From: Narcine bancroftii
Taxonomy: Eukaryota
DNA: 64,000 bases
Direction: 5' to 3'
NCBI RefSeq assembly: GCF_036971445.1
Contig: NC_091470.1
Span: 291,710,001-291,774,000 of the forward strand
Both the position numbers and the translations under genes were made by a program. Shown here one piece after another: positions 26,201 to 38,826 of the stretch. The first letter of the stretch is position 1; the number at the start of each line of letters is the position of its first letter. The notes beneath the pieces were generated by a model. The model worked only from the letters and a program-made list of their open reading frames with translations. It was not told the DNA's origin and ran no database searches.

Positions 26201-29041
26201 GGAATGATATAACGAAAAGGAGAGAATTGGCAGACAAAAAAATAAAATACGAAACATTACAAACGTACAAGGTGGAGAAGAACATAATGAAAATAAAGCA
26301 AAAGTATTACAAACTAGGAGAAAAAACACATAAAATATTAGCCCAACATCTTAAAACAGAACAAGCTAAAAGAACTGTATTGGCATCAAGGAAAAAGTAC
26401 AAACAAATTACATATAACCCAATAGAGATTAATGAGAACTTTAAGGAATTTTATGAACAATTATACCAAACTGAGAATGAGGGGAAAGATGATAAAATAG
26501 AAGAGTTTTTAGCTAAAATTGAACTGCTGAAATTGCAAGAAGAGGAACAAAACAAATTGATAAAACCATTTGAAATAGAGGAAGTACAGGATATATTAAA
26601 AAAGCTGCCGAACAATAAAACACCTGGAGAGGATGGATTCCCAATAGAATTCTATAAAACATTTAAAGAGTTATTAATTCCTCCTCTCCTGGAAGTAATG
26701 AACCAAATAAAAGAAACACAAAACTTGCCAGATTCATGTAAGACAGCAATAATTCCAGTAATACCAAAGACGGGAAAGGATCCACTAACACCAGCATCAT
26801 ATAGACCAATATCTCTACTTAATTCAGATTATAAGATAATAGCAAAATTATTAAAATACAGATTGGCTGATTGTGTACCAAAATTAGTAAAACAAGATTA
26901 AACTGGATTTATTAAGAAAAGATGAACAGTGGATAATGTCTGTAAATTTATTAATTTAATTCGTGCAGTTCAAGGAAATAAGAAGCCAACAGTGGCTGTT
27001 GCTTTAGACACAGAAAAAGCCTTTGACAGAGTAGAATGGAATTATTTATTTAAAGTATCACAGAGGTTCAATCTACCAGAAAAATATATTAATTGGATTA
27101 AAGCATTATATAATGGACCATTGGCGAAGGTAACAGTAAATGGATATATATCGAACCAATTTAAATTAAGTAGGTCAACTAGACAGGGATGTCCATTGTT
27201 TGCTTTAGCAATAGAACCATTGGCAGAACTGATAAGAACAGAAAATAAAATAAAAGGGATAAAAATAAAGGAGAAGGAGTATAAAATCAGTTTATTTGTA
27301 GATGACATCATAGAATACTTAACAGAACCAGAAATATCAATAAAAGAATTACATAAGAAATTGAAGGAGTATGGAGAAATATCGGGGTACAAGATCAACG
27401 CAAATAAAAGTGAAGCGATGCCAATGAGTAATGCGGATTATACAGAATTTAAAAAAGATTCACCATTTAAATGGCAAACACAAGCAATCCGATACCTAGG
27501 TATTAGGTTAGATAATAACTTAAGCCACCTGTTCAAACTAAATTATTAGCCACTAATAAAGAAATTGCAAGAAGACTTAGAACATTGGAAAGAATTACCG
27601 CTAACATTGATAGGGAGGGTAAATTGCATTAAAATGAATGTCTTCCCAAGGATACAATATTTATTTCAATCGTTACCAATTCCCTTAACAGAGAAATTCT
27701 TTAATGAACTAAAGAGAATAATAAGGAAATTCTTGTGGAAAGGTGGGAAACCGAGGATAGCGTTAGATAAATTAACAGAGAGGTACAACCAAGGTGGTTT
27801 GCAGTTACCAAACTTTAAAAATTATTATAGAGCAGCACAATTAAGTTATTTATCAGATATTTACCAGACAAGGGAAAAACCAGACTGGACTAAGATAGAA
27901 CTAGATGTACTTTATAAGTGGGATGAAAAGCTGGTGCAATATAAAAGCTCACCAGTATTGCATCATTTACTTAATATATGGAAGAAGATCCACTTAGAAA
28001 GGAAAAAAAACGAATTACCAAATACCGTTATTGTCACAAAACCTACTAATCCCTTTAACAATAGATAACCTTTCCTTTAGAGTATGAGAGAGAAGGAATC
28101 AAAAGAGTAGAAAATTGTTTTTTTGGGAAATAATTTATTAATATTTCAACAGTTGAAGTACAAATATGGAATAACTCATGGTACAATGTTTGCATATCAT
28201 CAACTGAAAGCTTATTTAAAGGATAAATTGGGAAACAGTCTGAGATTACCAGAAGGAAGCAGCTTTGAATATGTGATTACAGACACAATGATAATTAAAA
28301 GATTTATAACGAACATGTAGATTGAGCTGCAAGATTGGAAAATGATGAAATAAGCTATTAACCCAAACAAAAGTGGGAAAAGGATTTAAACGTAACTTTT
28401 CCCTTGTTTCATTTTTTAATCTTTATGTTCTGGAAATATGCAGAATATAATAAACACAAGGTTGCGCATGATACAGTATAATTGGTTACACAGGTTATAT
28501 ATCACGCCCCAAAAATTAAAATAATGGAATCCAACATTATCAGATAGATGCTTTCGCTATAAGAAGGAAATGGGAACAACAGAACATGCAATTTGGGCAT
28601 GTGAGAAAGTGAAAATGTTTTGGGAAGATCTAAATCAGATATTAAATAAAATCACAAAAAATAACATAGCAAAAAATCCAGACATCTTTCTTCTGAGTAA
28701 TATAAGAAGTCAGGAATTAGGCCTCAAATTGGATAAAGTGCAAAAAAGATTTATTATGATAGCCTTAGCAGTAGCAAAAAAATGTATAATGTCAATTTGG
28801 TAAACGGAAGAGAGCCTGAGAATACAGCAATGGTACATGGAAATGAATAAATGCATTCCATTGGACAAAATAACATATAATTTAAAAAATAAAGTCACAT
28901 TATTTGAACAAATTTGGGAACCATACATGGACCCCTAAAATGATAAGAAGAGAAAATTACTTGATCCAGTGTGTAAAGGTAGGTGACACATTTTTCTTGT
29001 TTATTTTTCATTGTGTGATGACATTTTTTAATGGTTTCATT
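23201..29041 (+). mobile_element. Near full-length L1/Tx1-clade LINE: ORF1 ~23334-24763 and ORF2 ~25219-28940, both disrupted
   Basis: ORF1 coiled-coil and ENYSRQNHIKIVGLKE, FYPDIS motifs; ORF2 QETHL, NIYAPN, GDFN, SRIDMF, KTPGEDG, YRPISLLN, RQGCP, LFVDD, GGLQLPN, HAIWAC; multiple stops and frameshifts; no A-tail or TSD found. Confidence 0.93.
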
Positions 29042-29268
29042 GAATCAGTGGAAATTTGTTGTCACAGACTTCTGTGGAGGCCTAGTCCATTGGGTATATT
29101 TAAAGCATAGGTTAATAGGTTCTTAATTAGTATGGGCTTCAAAGGTTTTTTTTTGAGGGGTGGAGGGGGAGACGGCAAAAGAATGGGGTTGAGTGGAAAA
29201 ATGCATTGGCCAAGACTTGAATAGCATGGCAGAGTCGATGGACCAAATGGTTTAATTCTGCTCCTCAT
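29042..29268 (+). mobile_element. CR1 3' tail fragment
   Basis: gtggaaatt…ctgtggaggcc…tgggtatatttaaagc…gatggaccaaatgg…ctgctcct, matching tails at ~2770 and ~58455. Confidence 0.7.
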
Positions 29269-30456
29269 AAATGGGACATTAAATTGTTGACAGGGAAGAA
29301 GTGCAGCCCCATATTAAAACAAGTGATTAGTATCTGGGCCAAAATTAATCAGTATTTGGATATTAAGATGGGGCTGTCACCAAAAACGCCCTTGACTCCG
29401 AATAAATTAATACCACTGACAGTGGGTAACAAGTTTCTGGACATGTGGCTCCGAAATGTTATGAGCAAGGGAAATTAATGTTGTTTGAACAGCTTAAAAA
29501 TAAATATGATTTACCGAATAAAACATTCCACTGCTATCTTCAAATAAGGTATTTTCTACAGGACTTATTAGGTCCAGGAATGGTCCTACCTCGTTGCAGT
29601 AGCAGAGAGGCCCTGATTAAAAGGGGGAATGGCAAGAAATTTATTTCAGTAATGCATTACCTGTTCCAGTTAGAGGGATCCAAACCAGACCTTCATAGGT
29701 CGAGAGAAAGATGGGAGTTGGACTTGGATATTACATTTGATGAGAGGGGCTGGTCCGACCTGTGCCGGGAAAGTATGACCATGGTTGTTAATGCAAGGTA
29801 CAGGCTGGTCCAGTATAACATTTTGCACCAGTTGTACATAATGCCGCAGAAAATCAACAGATCAAAGCCAGAACTCCTGGACAACTGCTTCAGGTGTGGA
29901 GTTGCAGCTGGGACGTTTGTACATGCAACCTGGTCGTGTGCCAAGGTGAGGCCCTTTGGGTGGATCTAGGCCAAGTGCTGGAAAAAATTATAGGTAAACA
30001 ATTCCCCCAGGACCCAGACGTGTTCCTGCTGGGGAATATAATGGACATAAGGCTTACAATGAAACTGTCCAAATTTTAAATCCAATTTGTGTTAATCGCA
30101 TTGGCGGTGGCCAGGAAGTGCATTGCAGTGACCTTGTTCGAGTGATGGAACAAGGAAATGCAAAGTTGCGTTCCTCTGGAGAAAATAACTTACAATCTGA
30201 GAAACGAGTACAGCACCTTTCGGAAGATTTGGCAGCCTACATAGGTGCATGGAGGTGATTGTTCTACCATCCCCCACTGCCGCTCCCTCTCTTGTGCATT
30301 GATCCCGATTAAGGAAAGTCAAGAATGAGCACCGATCTGGAAGCCTCCCTGTTTCTTTTCTCGTTTCTTTTTATCATTTGTATTCTTATTCATTTCCTAA
30401 TGTTAGTGTTTGTTATTGTTATTGACATTGTAGTATGAACGAATTGTTTAGTTTTA

Positions 30457-30778
30457 TAGGTGGGCAATGATGGGGGCTTGTATAAGTGGAGACCGGCGGT
30501 TGAGGGAAGCAGCCGAGGGACCAGCGGTCAGGGGAGACCGCCTGGCGGCCGAGGGGCCGGCGGTCGGGGGGAGACCGCCTGGCGGCCGAGGGGCCGGCGG
30601 TTGGGGGAGACCGCTGGGCGGCCGAGGGACTGGCGGTCGGGGGAGGCGGCCGGGCGACTGGAAGGGGTTGGGGGTGGATACAGTAGCCAAATTCGGGTGG
30701 GCTTTCCGAAATCCAGAAAATTCTGAAATTTGGAATACACTGTCCCCCAAGGGTTCTGAATAAAGTATCGTATACCTG
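30457..30778 (-). mobile_element. Tigger-like MITE carrying a GC-rich ~36-bp minisatellite
   Basis: TA TSDs at 30455-56 and 30779-80; minus-strand end CAGGTATACGATACTTTATTCAGAA…GGATTTCGGAA resembles Tigger4-type termini. Confidence 0.6.
30516..30660. repeat. Tandem repeat, ~36-37 bp unit x4 (gaggggccggcggtcgggggagaccgcctggcggcc)
   Basis: Four adjacent diverged units visible directly. Confidence 0.85.
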
Positions 30779-31547
30779 TACATGTATATAAGATTGTGAA
30801 CTGCCATCGTTGGCAGGTTGTGGTATAAGACTACAAGCCTGTGTGAAAAATTATAAGTGAAATATAAAAAAAAATTCTGCCCCTCAGTCTTATTATGGTC
30901 TCAATCTTCATGTCTATGGAATAAGGTAGGAAGAAGGATTAGCTTGAAAGCTCTTTTGTAGATGGTGTAGACGTAGTTGTCCAAATGGTCTTTTACAGTC
31001 AATATGTTTGTGATTCTGTTTAGTTCTAGGAATTTAAATAAAACTCAATGCAGAGATGTAATCCATAGGGTAGCATTTCTGTACTAATTTGTATATTGCT
31101 TATGGATCAGAATGTTCATCTAAAATGTAACTTTGTGGCACTAAAATGTTACTTTTTTTCAAACTACTGTGATTATAACACATGTATGCAAGGTGATGTG
31201 CATTTCCGGCTTCATTTCTGAAGAAGATTTAATCAAGTTGCACATGAGGCAAGATTGAAATCTCTGGGGGAAATAAAACTGTTCCTGAATATTTCCTTCT
31301 GTCTGCTTTATCAATATTTTTGTTGAGGCTTGAGGTTGGGATATCAATCTAACCTTCTGGTTAGAATGGATAAAAGCTAAAAGTGCATGAGTGAAAAGTT
31401 AAATTTTAAAAAAGGATTTTGGTTTTGGGTGAAATGCTAGTGATATCATTCATCAATATATTCTGATATCTAATTATAGAACGGTGAAGTAAATAATGGT
31501 AAAATCAATCAGTGGCTTGAAATGGCAATTTTTTTTGCACTCTGTAG

Positions 31548-31634
31548 GAGAAGACGTTTGGTCATATGCAAAGAAGCTACCATACTTGTTTGAAGAAGGT
31601 GGAGTGTTCTATAATGCAATGAAGAAGGATGTTG
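31548..31634 (+). CDS. VCPIP1: VCPIP1 coding exon 2 (87 nt; GEDVWSYAKKLPYLFEEGGVFYNAMKKDVG)
   Basis: Acceptor ttttttgcactctgtag|, donor G|gtaagc, phase 1-1; peptide matches VCPIP1 GEDVWSYAK…GGVFY; not in the ORF track. Confidence 0.95.
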
Positions 31635-32814
31635 GTAAGCTGAATGACATTCCAGTTTTCATCACTTAATATTGAATTTTCATGTAATCTATATGTTTGA
31701 GCATAAACTTTTGCAGCAAAAACTTCTGCATTATCAGGTTTTTTTTTAAAAAAAAACCTTGCTGCTACTTTAACTGACGCATCATACAGTCAGCGGTAGC
31801 TTTTCACTGGATTAATGAAAAAGTATGGAAACTTCCAGAAATGCAAAAGGGAAAAAAAAAACATTTATTTTCTAACCTGTCCATGATCTTAATATCCTTC
31901 TAAAATAGGCCATTTCAAGCTCTACAATTTTATGTGACATTCTCTTTGCTCTCTATTTTATACTATGGAGAGATACTAATACTGTGCCATGTTTCAATGT
32001 TGACTCTTAGAAGTAACCATTGTTGACATTGGTCCAGTTTTTAAAATGGCCATTGTTCACAAGAACCTGTTTTCTTGGCATTATTAAATTTCTGAGCTAT
32101 GTTGGTGCGTTCTGTCAGATACCACATGCTGTAATTGTAATCAATATGAGTGGATGAGTAGACCACTTGGTTGCATACAATATCCATTGCATTAATGCAA
32201 TTATTTTCTCAATTATATCTGTTAAAGATAGTTACTTCAATAAGCCTCTGCAATCTCCTTAAATGGCCCATATCATTCGTGTTCATTCTTCTGTTATGCA
32301 AGGTTGATAATGTATTTTCACCATTTTCAACTCTTTGTACCTCCTCAAAGTAAAATTTAGATTATATTTTAGCTTTAATTTTTTTGGTTTATTTTAAGTG
32401 CACTAGTTTTTATTCCTTCACTTCTCAGTATGGCAGCTGTTGCAGCATCCTTTCAGAATCCAAAATTGCTGCATCAAACGATTTCTTTTTATCTGCTACT
32501 TTATATGCCATTTTCTTTTATTATTTGTAAAATGTTAAGTATTTCAAATGGCAAAGGTATAATTTGTAAAAGTTTAAAAATATGTTGAGACTCCCATGAA
32601 ATTTCATAATTTAGTTATTGATGCAATCAATACCAAGTTTGACTATTTTTTCCTTAATTTAATGATTATTTTGTCCAAGGGTTTTATGTGTAAAATTTCT
32701 GAAAATGAATGAGGTTTCCTTTTTATAACTTTCTTAAATTTAATTTTGTTTACTTTGTAGTTGTGTTTATACCAGAGTAATTTAAAATACTTGAATTTTG
32801 TATTTTTGTTAACT

Positions 32815-33045
32815 TCCACAATTGGAATGTAAGCACCTATGCCTGGAATTGTTTGATCTCGGAAGCCAAGCAGGCTCAGGACTGGTCAGTACTTGGAGGG
32901 GAGACTGTCGAGGAACACCAAGTGCAGTAGGTTTCTGTGAGGATCTCTGGACAAAGTGGTGACTCTCTGTCTGCCTTACAGTGGACAAAAGTTCAAGAAT
33001 TTCATGTATCTTGCATTCTAAATGTAGTATTACATGACATTGATG
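32815..33045 (+). mobile_element. 5S rRNA-derived SINE (SINE3-type) or 5S pseudogene with attached tail
   Basis: tgatctcggaagccaagcaggctcaggactggtcagtacttggaggggagactg…gtgcagtaggttt aligns with the 3' two-thirds of 5S rRNA (box A, IE, box C), followed by a non-5S body. Confidence 0.8.
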
Positions 33046-34189
33046 GAACCATGCCATACTCTTAACCCAAACAATTATATTCATTGATGTACATTAATTT
33101 TGCATTATTAAGCACATTATTAGTTTCTGCCATGATTTAGCCATAACAACTTGGATCAACTTGCAGCAAAGATGAGTGAAAGAATTGGGTAATATTTAAA
33201 TTGAAAGTAAAGTAAATGTCTGGAAAATACAAAGGAATAAGTTGGAAAATGACAAATGTTGAGGAATCAGTTGAGAAAGATGTTAATAAGAAATATACAA
33301 ATGAAATAAGGTTAGAAAGTTTTTAAAAAATCCTCTTTGTAGTTGAAAATGTTAAAATCTTAAATATTGTTTATTCCATGAGCTATTGAAAGTTTGTGTA
33401 GTTAACAATATTCATTTTCACAATTAAACAGTACTTTTGTGTGACAAATTTTAGATATTCTGCACTTAGGACATGCAATCTTGATTGTATGCCTGCAGCA
33501 GCTATCATTTATCTTAAATTTCCCAACTATGCTTTGCATGATCATTTTTTAGTTTGTTTTTTTTGATTCATTATCTAGTTTAGTGATTCATAATCTGTCT
33601 TCAATTAACATTTAAATAAACATATAATTTCTTAATTTCAGAAAGTTTTTTTTAAACCAACAAGTATCAAAGAGAGGAAAATATTGGCAGGGATTTCCTT
33701 GGAATTTTCTTGTTCCTACTTTCCTGTCGCAATTTCACCAGTAACTGGACCATTGCAGAAAAAAGATAGTCCTTACATTACATTATATTTTGCCACTGTG
33801 CATTAGTGGGAGAGAGTATTGTGTGAAATTTTGAATGTTAGGCAGATACTTAATTTTTTACCCCTTATGTAAAATTTATCTCAATGAAATTTCAGAGCTC
33901 TTATTGCAGGCAAATCACTTACTCTTTGGTAATTTGTATCTTGGATCTGTTTATTGCAGCTATATAAAACATTGATTATTACCGGAGAGCAACTTGCTCT
34001 CATCAAGGGCTTTTTAAAAAAAAAAATCTTATTTAGATGAAATTAATGAAGTATTGTATATAGTTCTGGTAGTTATTGTACTAGAAGAATATTTAGCATT
34101 AGAATGAAAGAATGCAGATGAAATTCACGAAGGCGTTTTCTGGATTGTAGAGCTTCAGTCACAAAAGACATTATACATGAAAAAAAGGC

Positions 34190-34310
34190 ACAAGTGAGAG
34201 ACTGGAGATGAGGAATCTGGAGCAAAACAATCTGTAAGAGGAACTCAGTGGTTTGAGTAGTATCAGTGGGAGAAAAAGAATTGTGTTTCAGCCCAGAACC
34301 CTTCATCAAG
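34190..34310. repeat. Short interspersed repeat (ctgcagatgctgg…aactcagc family; related copies ~51830-51970 and ~54420-54760)
   Basis: Shared phrase (ctg.agatg.tgg…aactcag…cccttc.tcag) in several places; possibly Penelope-like, family not established. Confidence 0.45.
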
Positions 34311-34379
34311 GTAAGCAGGTTTGAACACACCAGAGTGTAGGAAGCTGAGGTGTGACCTTGCAGATGGTATGACTATTAT

Positions 34380-34700
34380 GAGGAGCGTAGAAGGGAAGAT
34401 TGTCTTTTTCCCAGGTAGTGGAGTCTAAATCTAAAGGGCATTGTTTTTAAAGTAAGGGGAAAAAATAGATCTGAGAAGCATGTTTTTCCACTCAAGGTGG
34501 TGGTGGTATGAAATGAGTTGCCAGAAGAGTTGGTAGAAGCAGATAAAATTACAATGTTTAAAAGACATCTGGACTGGTGCTTGTTTAGGTAGAGATATAG
34601 GCCTAATGCAGACAAATGGGATTAGCATAGAATGGCATCATGGTTGGCATGGACAATTTGGGCTAAATGGCCTATTTTTCTGCTGTAAAACTCTATAACT
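34380..34700 (+). mobile_element. CR1 LINE 3' end
   Basis: ctttttcccagg…ctaaagggcattgttttaaagtaagggg…ttccactcaagg…gggctaaatggcct…ctgtaaaactctataact. Confidence 0.75.
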
Positions 34701-34862
34701 CCTGGAATATTATCAGTGGATGTTCACCTTCAACCTTTTATCTTTTGTTGTCTTGATTCTTCTACTTCCTCAACCCCTGTCTTCTTGCTCTACTCTGTTT
34801 TCTCAGCCCCACTTATTTTCATTCATCTTTCCATGGTTGTGCCAGCATTATGAAAATTAATA

Positions 34863-37800
34863 GCCCCTTTCACACTTGCATGTGATCCAAGGAATTATCC
34901 ACCAATTGGCCTTTAAAGTGTCTAGTGTGAAAGCAAAATAACGTCAGATGATGTCATCTCATGCCGGGGATTGACGGCCTCCACCCCAAGTACAATCCCT
35001 GTCATCTCCAGATGCTGCCGGTGTTGCAATCAGATAAGTGTGAAATGGGTGATTGCATTGTGGGATTGAAATGACCCGTTTTTGCACGAGTGCAGGAACG
35101 TGAAGAAAGAAAGGATTAAAATCAAGCTATAAATTTTGCTGTTGTAAAGTTGCAGCAAGAAAGAGAGGAAATAAATAGCAATAGTGGACAATTTTTAAGC
35201 ATCATGGAAAGTTGGTAGCACGGGGGGCGTGGCAAGATGGCGTAAGGATCAGACGTGCCTTCCAGTCCTCTCCTGACTCTATCTTATTGTTTTGTCTAGA
35301 AATGCCCGTTAAAATTCTTTAAAAGTTTAGATAATTTCAGTGCTGTTAATTTAACTTATGATGGTACAATCGGTGGAAAAGAGCAAAAAAAAAACGACAA
35401 CAGATCATCAAAAAACTACATTTGCCAAAAGTTCAAGTTTTGGAGCCTACCTACAGGAAAGACACCGGGACTCAGCGTGAAATGGATCCCAGGAGAGAGG
35501 TACAGTGTTCGGATGCAGAGCTCTATGTTACATCGGTAGAGCCCCCTAAAGAGGGCGCCAAACAGCCTTTAGAACAAAGAGTTACTCGGGTTTGCACATG
35601 CGCAGTAGCATCTGATGGCAATGTATGAATGAACCGCTTGTAGTATCATCAGCTGAAGTATTACCAGCTGAAACACCGGCTGGGGAAAGGCATTTGTCAA
35701 CTGTAGTGGTGGCGCTGCAAACTGCACCTCTTGAGTTGGAAGAACCTATACAACTTGATGTACTGGGAGAACTTAATATATTATGGACTGGGGAAAACCC
35801 CGGCCAGCGTCCTCCAGTTATTGCTGGAGAGGCTGTGACTGGGGTTTCCACACGCAGTCATACTATAAGGAAGGCAACCAGAATGAAGGAAGGAACAGAA
35901 GACCCTTTGGTTATGCAGAAGAAGCAGGAATCTGTTGAGCCAGAATCTCTTCCAATTGAAAAAATTCTTGTGAATCTTGAATCTAAATGATCTTATACAA
36001 TGCAGGGATTATCCAAGATTATGACTGAACTTGGTACTAGGTTTAATACCCTGGTGAAAATACATTCTCAACAGATGGCTGAGTTTGGAGCTTTTAAGCT
36101 TGAAGTGAGAGATAAATTTAATTCGTGTGAAGAAGATATAGACGAAATACGGGATCAAGTTCTTGATGTGACCAAAATGGTTGAAGACTTACAAACTCAA
36201 AATAAAAATTTGGTGAAAAAGACTGATTATTTTGAAAACCAATCCAGACGGAATAATATAAAGATTATTGGTTTGCCGGAAGGTATGGAGGGACCAGACC
36301 CAAGAAAATTTTTTACTGAATGGATTCCGCAGGTGCTGGGTCAAGAACATTTCCCGGAAGGTATAATACTGGAACGTGCTCACTGAGCCTTGCGTAGAAG
36401 ACCTGTTTTGGTTCGTTGCTTGAATTATTACGACAGAGAAATAATTTTACGAGTGGCTATTAGAAATGCACAACAGAGAAAATCACCCTTGATGATTCAA
36501 AATAATCGAGTTTTCTTCTATGCGGATTTGAGTCAAGAAGTTATGTTCCAACGACGGGAATTCAGTCCTGCTAAAGAGTTGTTGTGGAAGAAAGGTTACA
36601 AGGCAACCTTTAGATATGCAGCTGTTTTGAAGGTTTTTCAAGATGGTTGCCAACCAAAGTTCTTTGATTCTCCAAAGGAAGCTATAGCATTTGCTCAAGA
36701 GCTGCCAATTACTCAGTTTCAACAGAGACATAGTCCGCCGCGATTTCTAAGGAGACAAGAGATGGAAGAAAAGAGCCGTGCTCCAAGAAGGAATGGTTGT
36801 AATGGTGACTCGGCAGTTGGAGCTGATTAAAAGAAGAGTTGTCCTTTTTTTTTCTAATGTTTTTTTTTAAAAAAAAGGGATATTAAATAATGATGATGTT
36901 AGTTTAAGATGAAGTGAGAGTTGGGGGAGAGAACTGGATAGGCACTATATTTCCTGAAAGTCATCTGCTACGTGTGAGTTATCTCACACCCATTTTTTTT
37001 TGGGAGTTACCGCATTGCGCGGTTTAGACGGGAGGGGGTATTTTTAACCTCCTACCTGTTTTTTTTTCCTTTTTTTTGTATTATTAGATTAAAGAGTGAA
37101 GGGTTTTTTTTGTGTTTATAAAAAAAAAAGCATAAGAAAGTATTTGATTGTTTAAAAAAAACTAAAAATTGATGTTTTTTTTGTAAAGTTTATTCAGTAG
37201 ATAAGGAATATTTGAAATTTAAATGTGAATGGGATGGATAAGTTTTTTTTATATTTTTTCTTTAACTTTAAGGTGAAAGGAGTGGTAATTCTGGTGTATA
37301 TTATTTTGCTATTTTAGTTATAGAATGAAGGGAATAATGGTGAAAGTTATAAATTGAATTGTACAATTCTTAATGAGGCTTGAATTTTGTTTGTGGTTTA
37401 TGCTCCATTTGTTGAAGATATAGATTTCGTTGTAGATGTGTTTTATTATTTGGATATCTGAATTTTAATGTAATGATTGGGGATATTTAAATATGGTATT
37501 GGAGCTTTTATTGGATAATTATTCAACAGTAAAAGGGAAAAATGGTGGAAGAGTACTAAAATTGAATTGTACAATGCTTAATAAGGTTTGAATTTTGTTT
37601 TAAGATGGTGGTTTATGTGACTAATATGATGATAGATGTGAAGTTAGTTGATATTTAGTGAAGGTTTATCTCTATAGAGAAAGTTTTTTTTCATCTTTTT
37701 CTCATGCTACAATTTTTTTTAAGAATTGATTATTGTATAAGAATTTTTGATAGACAATGTTACTAACTTTACTAATTTTTTATATTAAGTTTGAGTTAAA

Positions 37801-38826
37801 TATATGTTTCATCTTAACTCCGTTTGTTAAATATATGCATTTAAGTTTGAATTAAATATGTTTTTTAAGTCTGATATCTTAGTATTAATTACTTTTTGTT
37901 AGTATTTTAATCGGTTATGTTTTTGTTTTTTTTTTGTAAGTGGGTTTTTTTCTCACATATTATTAACTTTATTAATTCTTCACTCTTTATTTTGGGGGGA
38001 AAGGGGGGGGTTGGACTAATTTGAGTTAGATTGTTAATGTGTAATAATTATTGGGGAGGGTATAGTTTATTTAGATTACTGATACTGTATTGTAATTTTA
38101 TTATTTTATTCTTAATTTTTTTTAATGTAATCCTATATGTTATTCATGTTATAAAATCTTAAATAAAGTTTAAAAAAAAAAGAAAGTTGGTAGCACTACA
38201 GCGCACAATTTATGAAGACCGTGGGAAAAAGCAATGGCAGACCTCACTTCCCAGAATGTCATGTGGCAGAGAAATCCCTCCATAATTGCTCCGTTGCTGC
38301 AGCCGAGCTTACAACCCTTTCTCTGCTGCATGGATTTCTGGGAGAGCAGGTCCACCATCACTTTTTCCCCCTCAGTATTTATAAATTGTCCGTGATAGTG
38401 CTACCAACTTTCCCACGCTATATAAATTGAGTACTATAGTGATACCAACTTACCCTGTTCAAAAATTGTCCACTATTGCTATTTATTGCTGGCACGTTCC
38501 CATGGTCCCTTATAAAGATTTATAAAGGTCAGCACAACATCATCAGGGGTTGAAGGGCTCATACTGTGCTACACATAAAGCTTAATTAGGCATGCTTAAT
38601 TTTGTTCAAATGTAAGATCAGAATACATTGATCAGAATTTAGGGCAGGTTCACCATCGCTCAATGTGTCATGACATCACCAGTAGAATAGTCCTAACCCC
38701 AGGGATGGCTCCTTGCAAGTGTGAAAGCATCCCAGTTAGGAGTGGCCAAGTGTGAAAAGACAAACCCCTTTTCCTATCCTGGGACACTGAATGGCCAATT
38801 TAGTGAGATGCAAGTGTGAAAGGGGC
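34863..38826. mobile_element. Fold-back MITE (~1 kb without insert) split by an L1-derived element
   Basis: TIR GCCCCTTTCACACTTGCAT…ATGCAAGTGTGAAAGGGGC flanked by TA (or TTAA); internal inverted arms aaatagcaatagtggacaattttt / aaaaattgtccactattgctattt. Confidence 0.8.
35222..38181 (+). mobile_element. ORF1-only L1-derived element (HAL1-like), complete with TSD
   Basis: 15-bp TSD GAAAGTTGGTAGCAC (35207-35221, 38182-38196); ORF1 ~35360-36830 with ENQSRRNNIKIIGLPEG, LERAH, FFYADLSQEV…RREF; only eroded EN traces after it; aataaa plus A-tail. Confidence 0.85.

Larger units (their letters stand above)
29270..30875 (+). mobile_element. 3' fragment of a second L1/Tx1 family
   Basis: FEQLKNKYDL…YLQIRYF, RLVQYNILHQLY…CFRCGVAAGTFVHATWSC (L1 C-terminal CCHC region); A-tail at ~30863-30874; interrupted by a MITE. 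Confidence 0.8.

Noticed and set aside
30516-30660. ~36-bp repeats as a CRISPR-like array
   Set aside because: Units are contiguous with no unique spacers, there are no cas genes, and the context is eukaryotic; it is a minisatellite.
32815-32934. Functional 5S rRNA gene
   Set aside because: Many substitutions, eroded 5' end, no T4 terminator, not in a tandem array.
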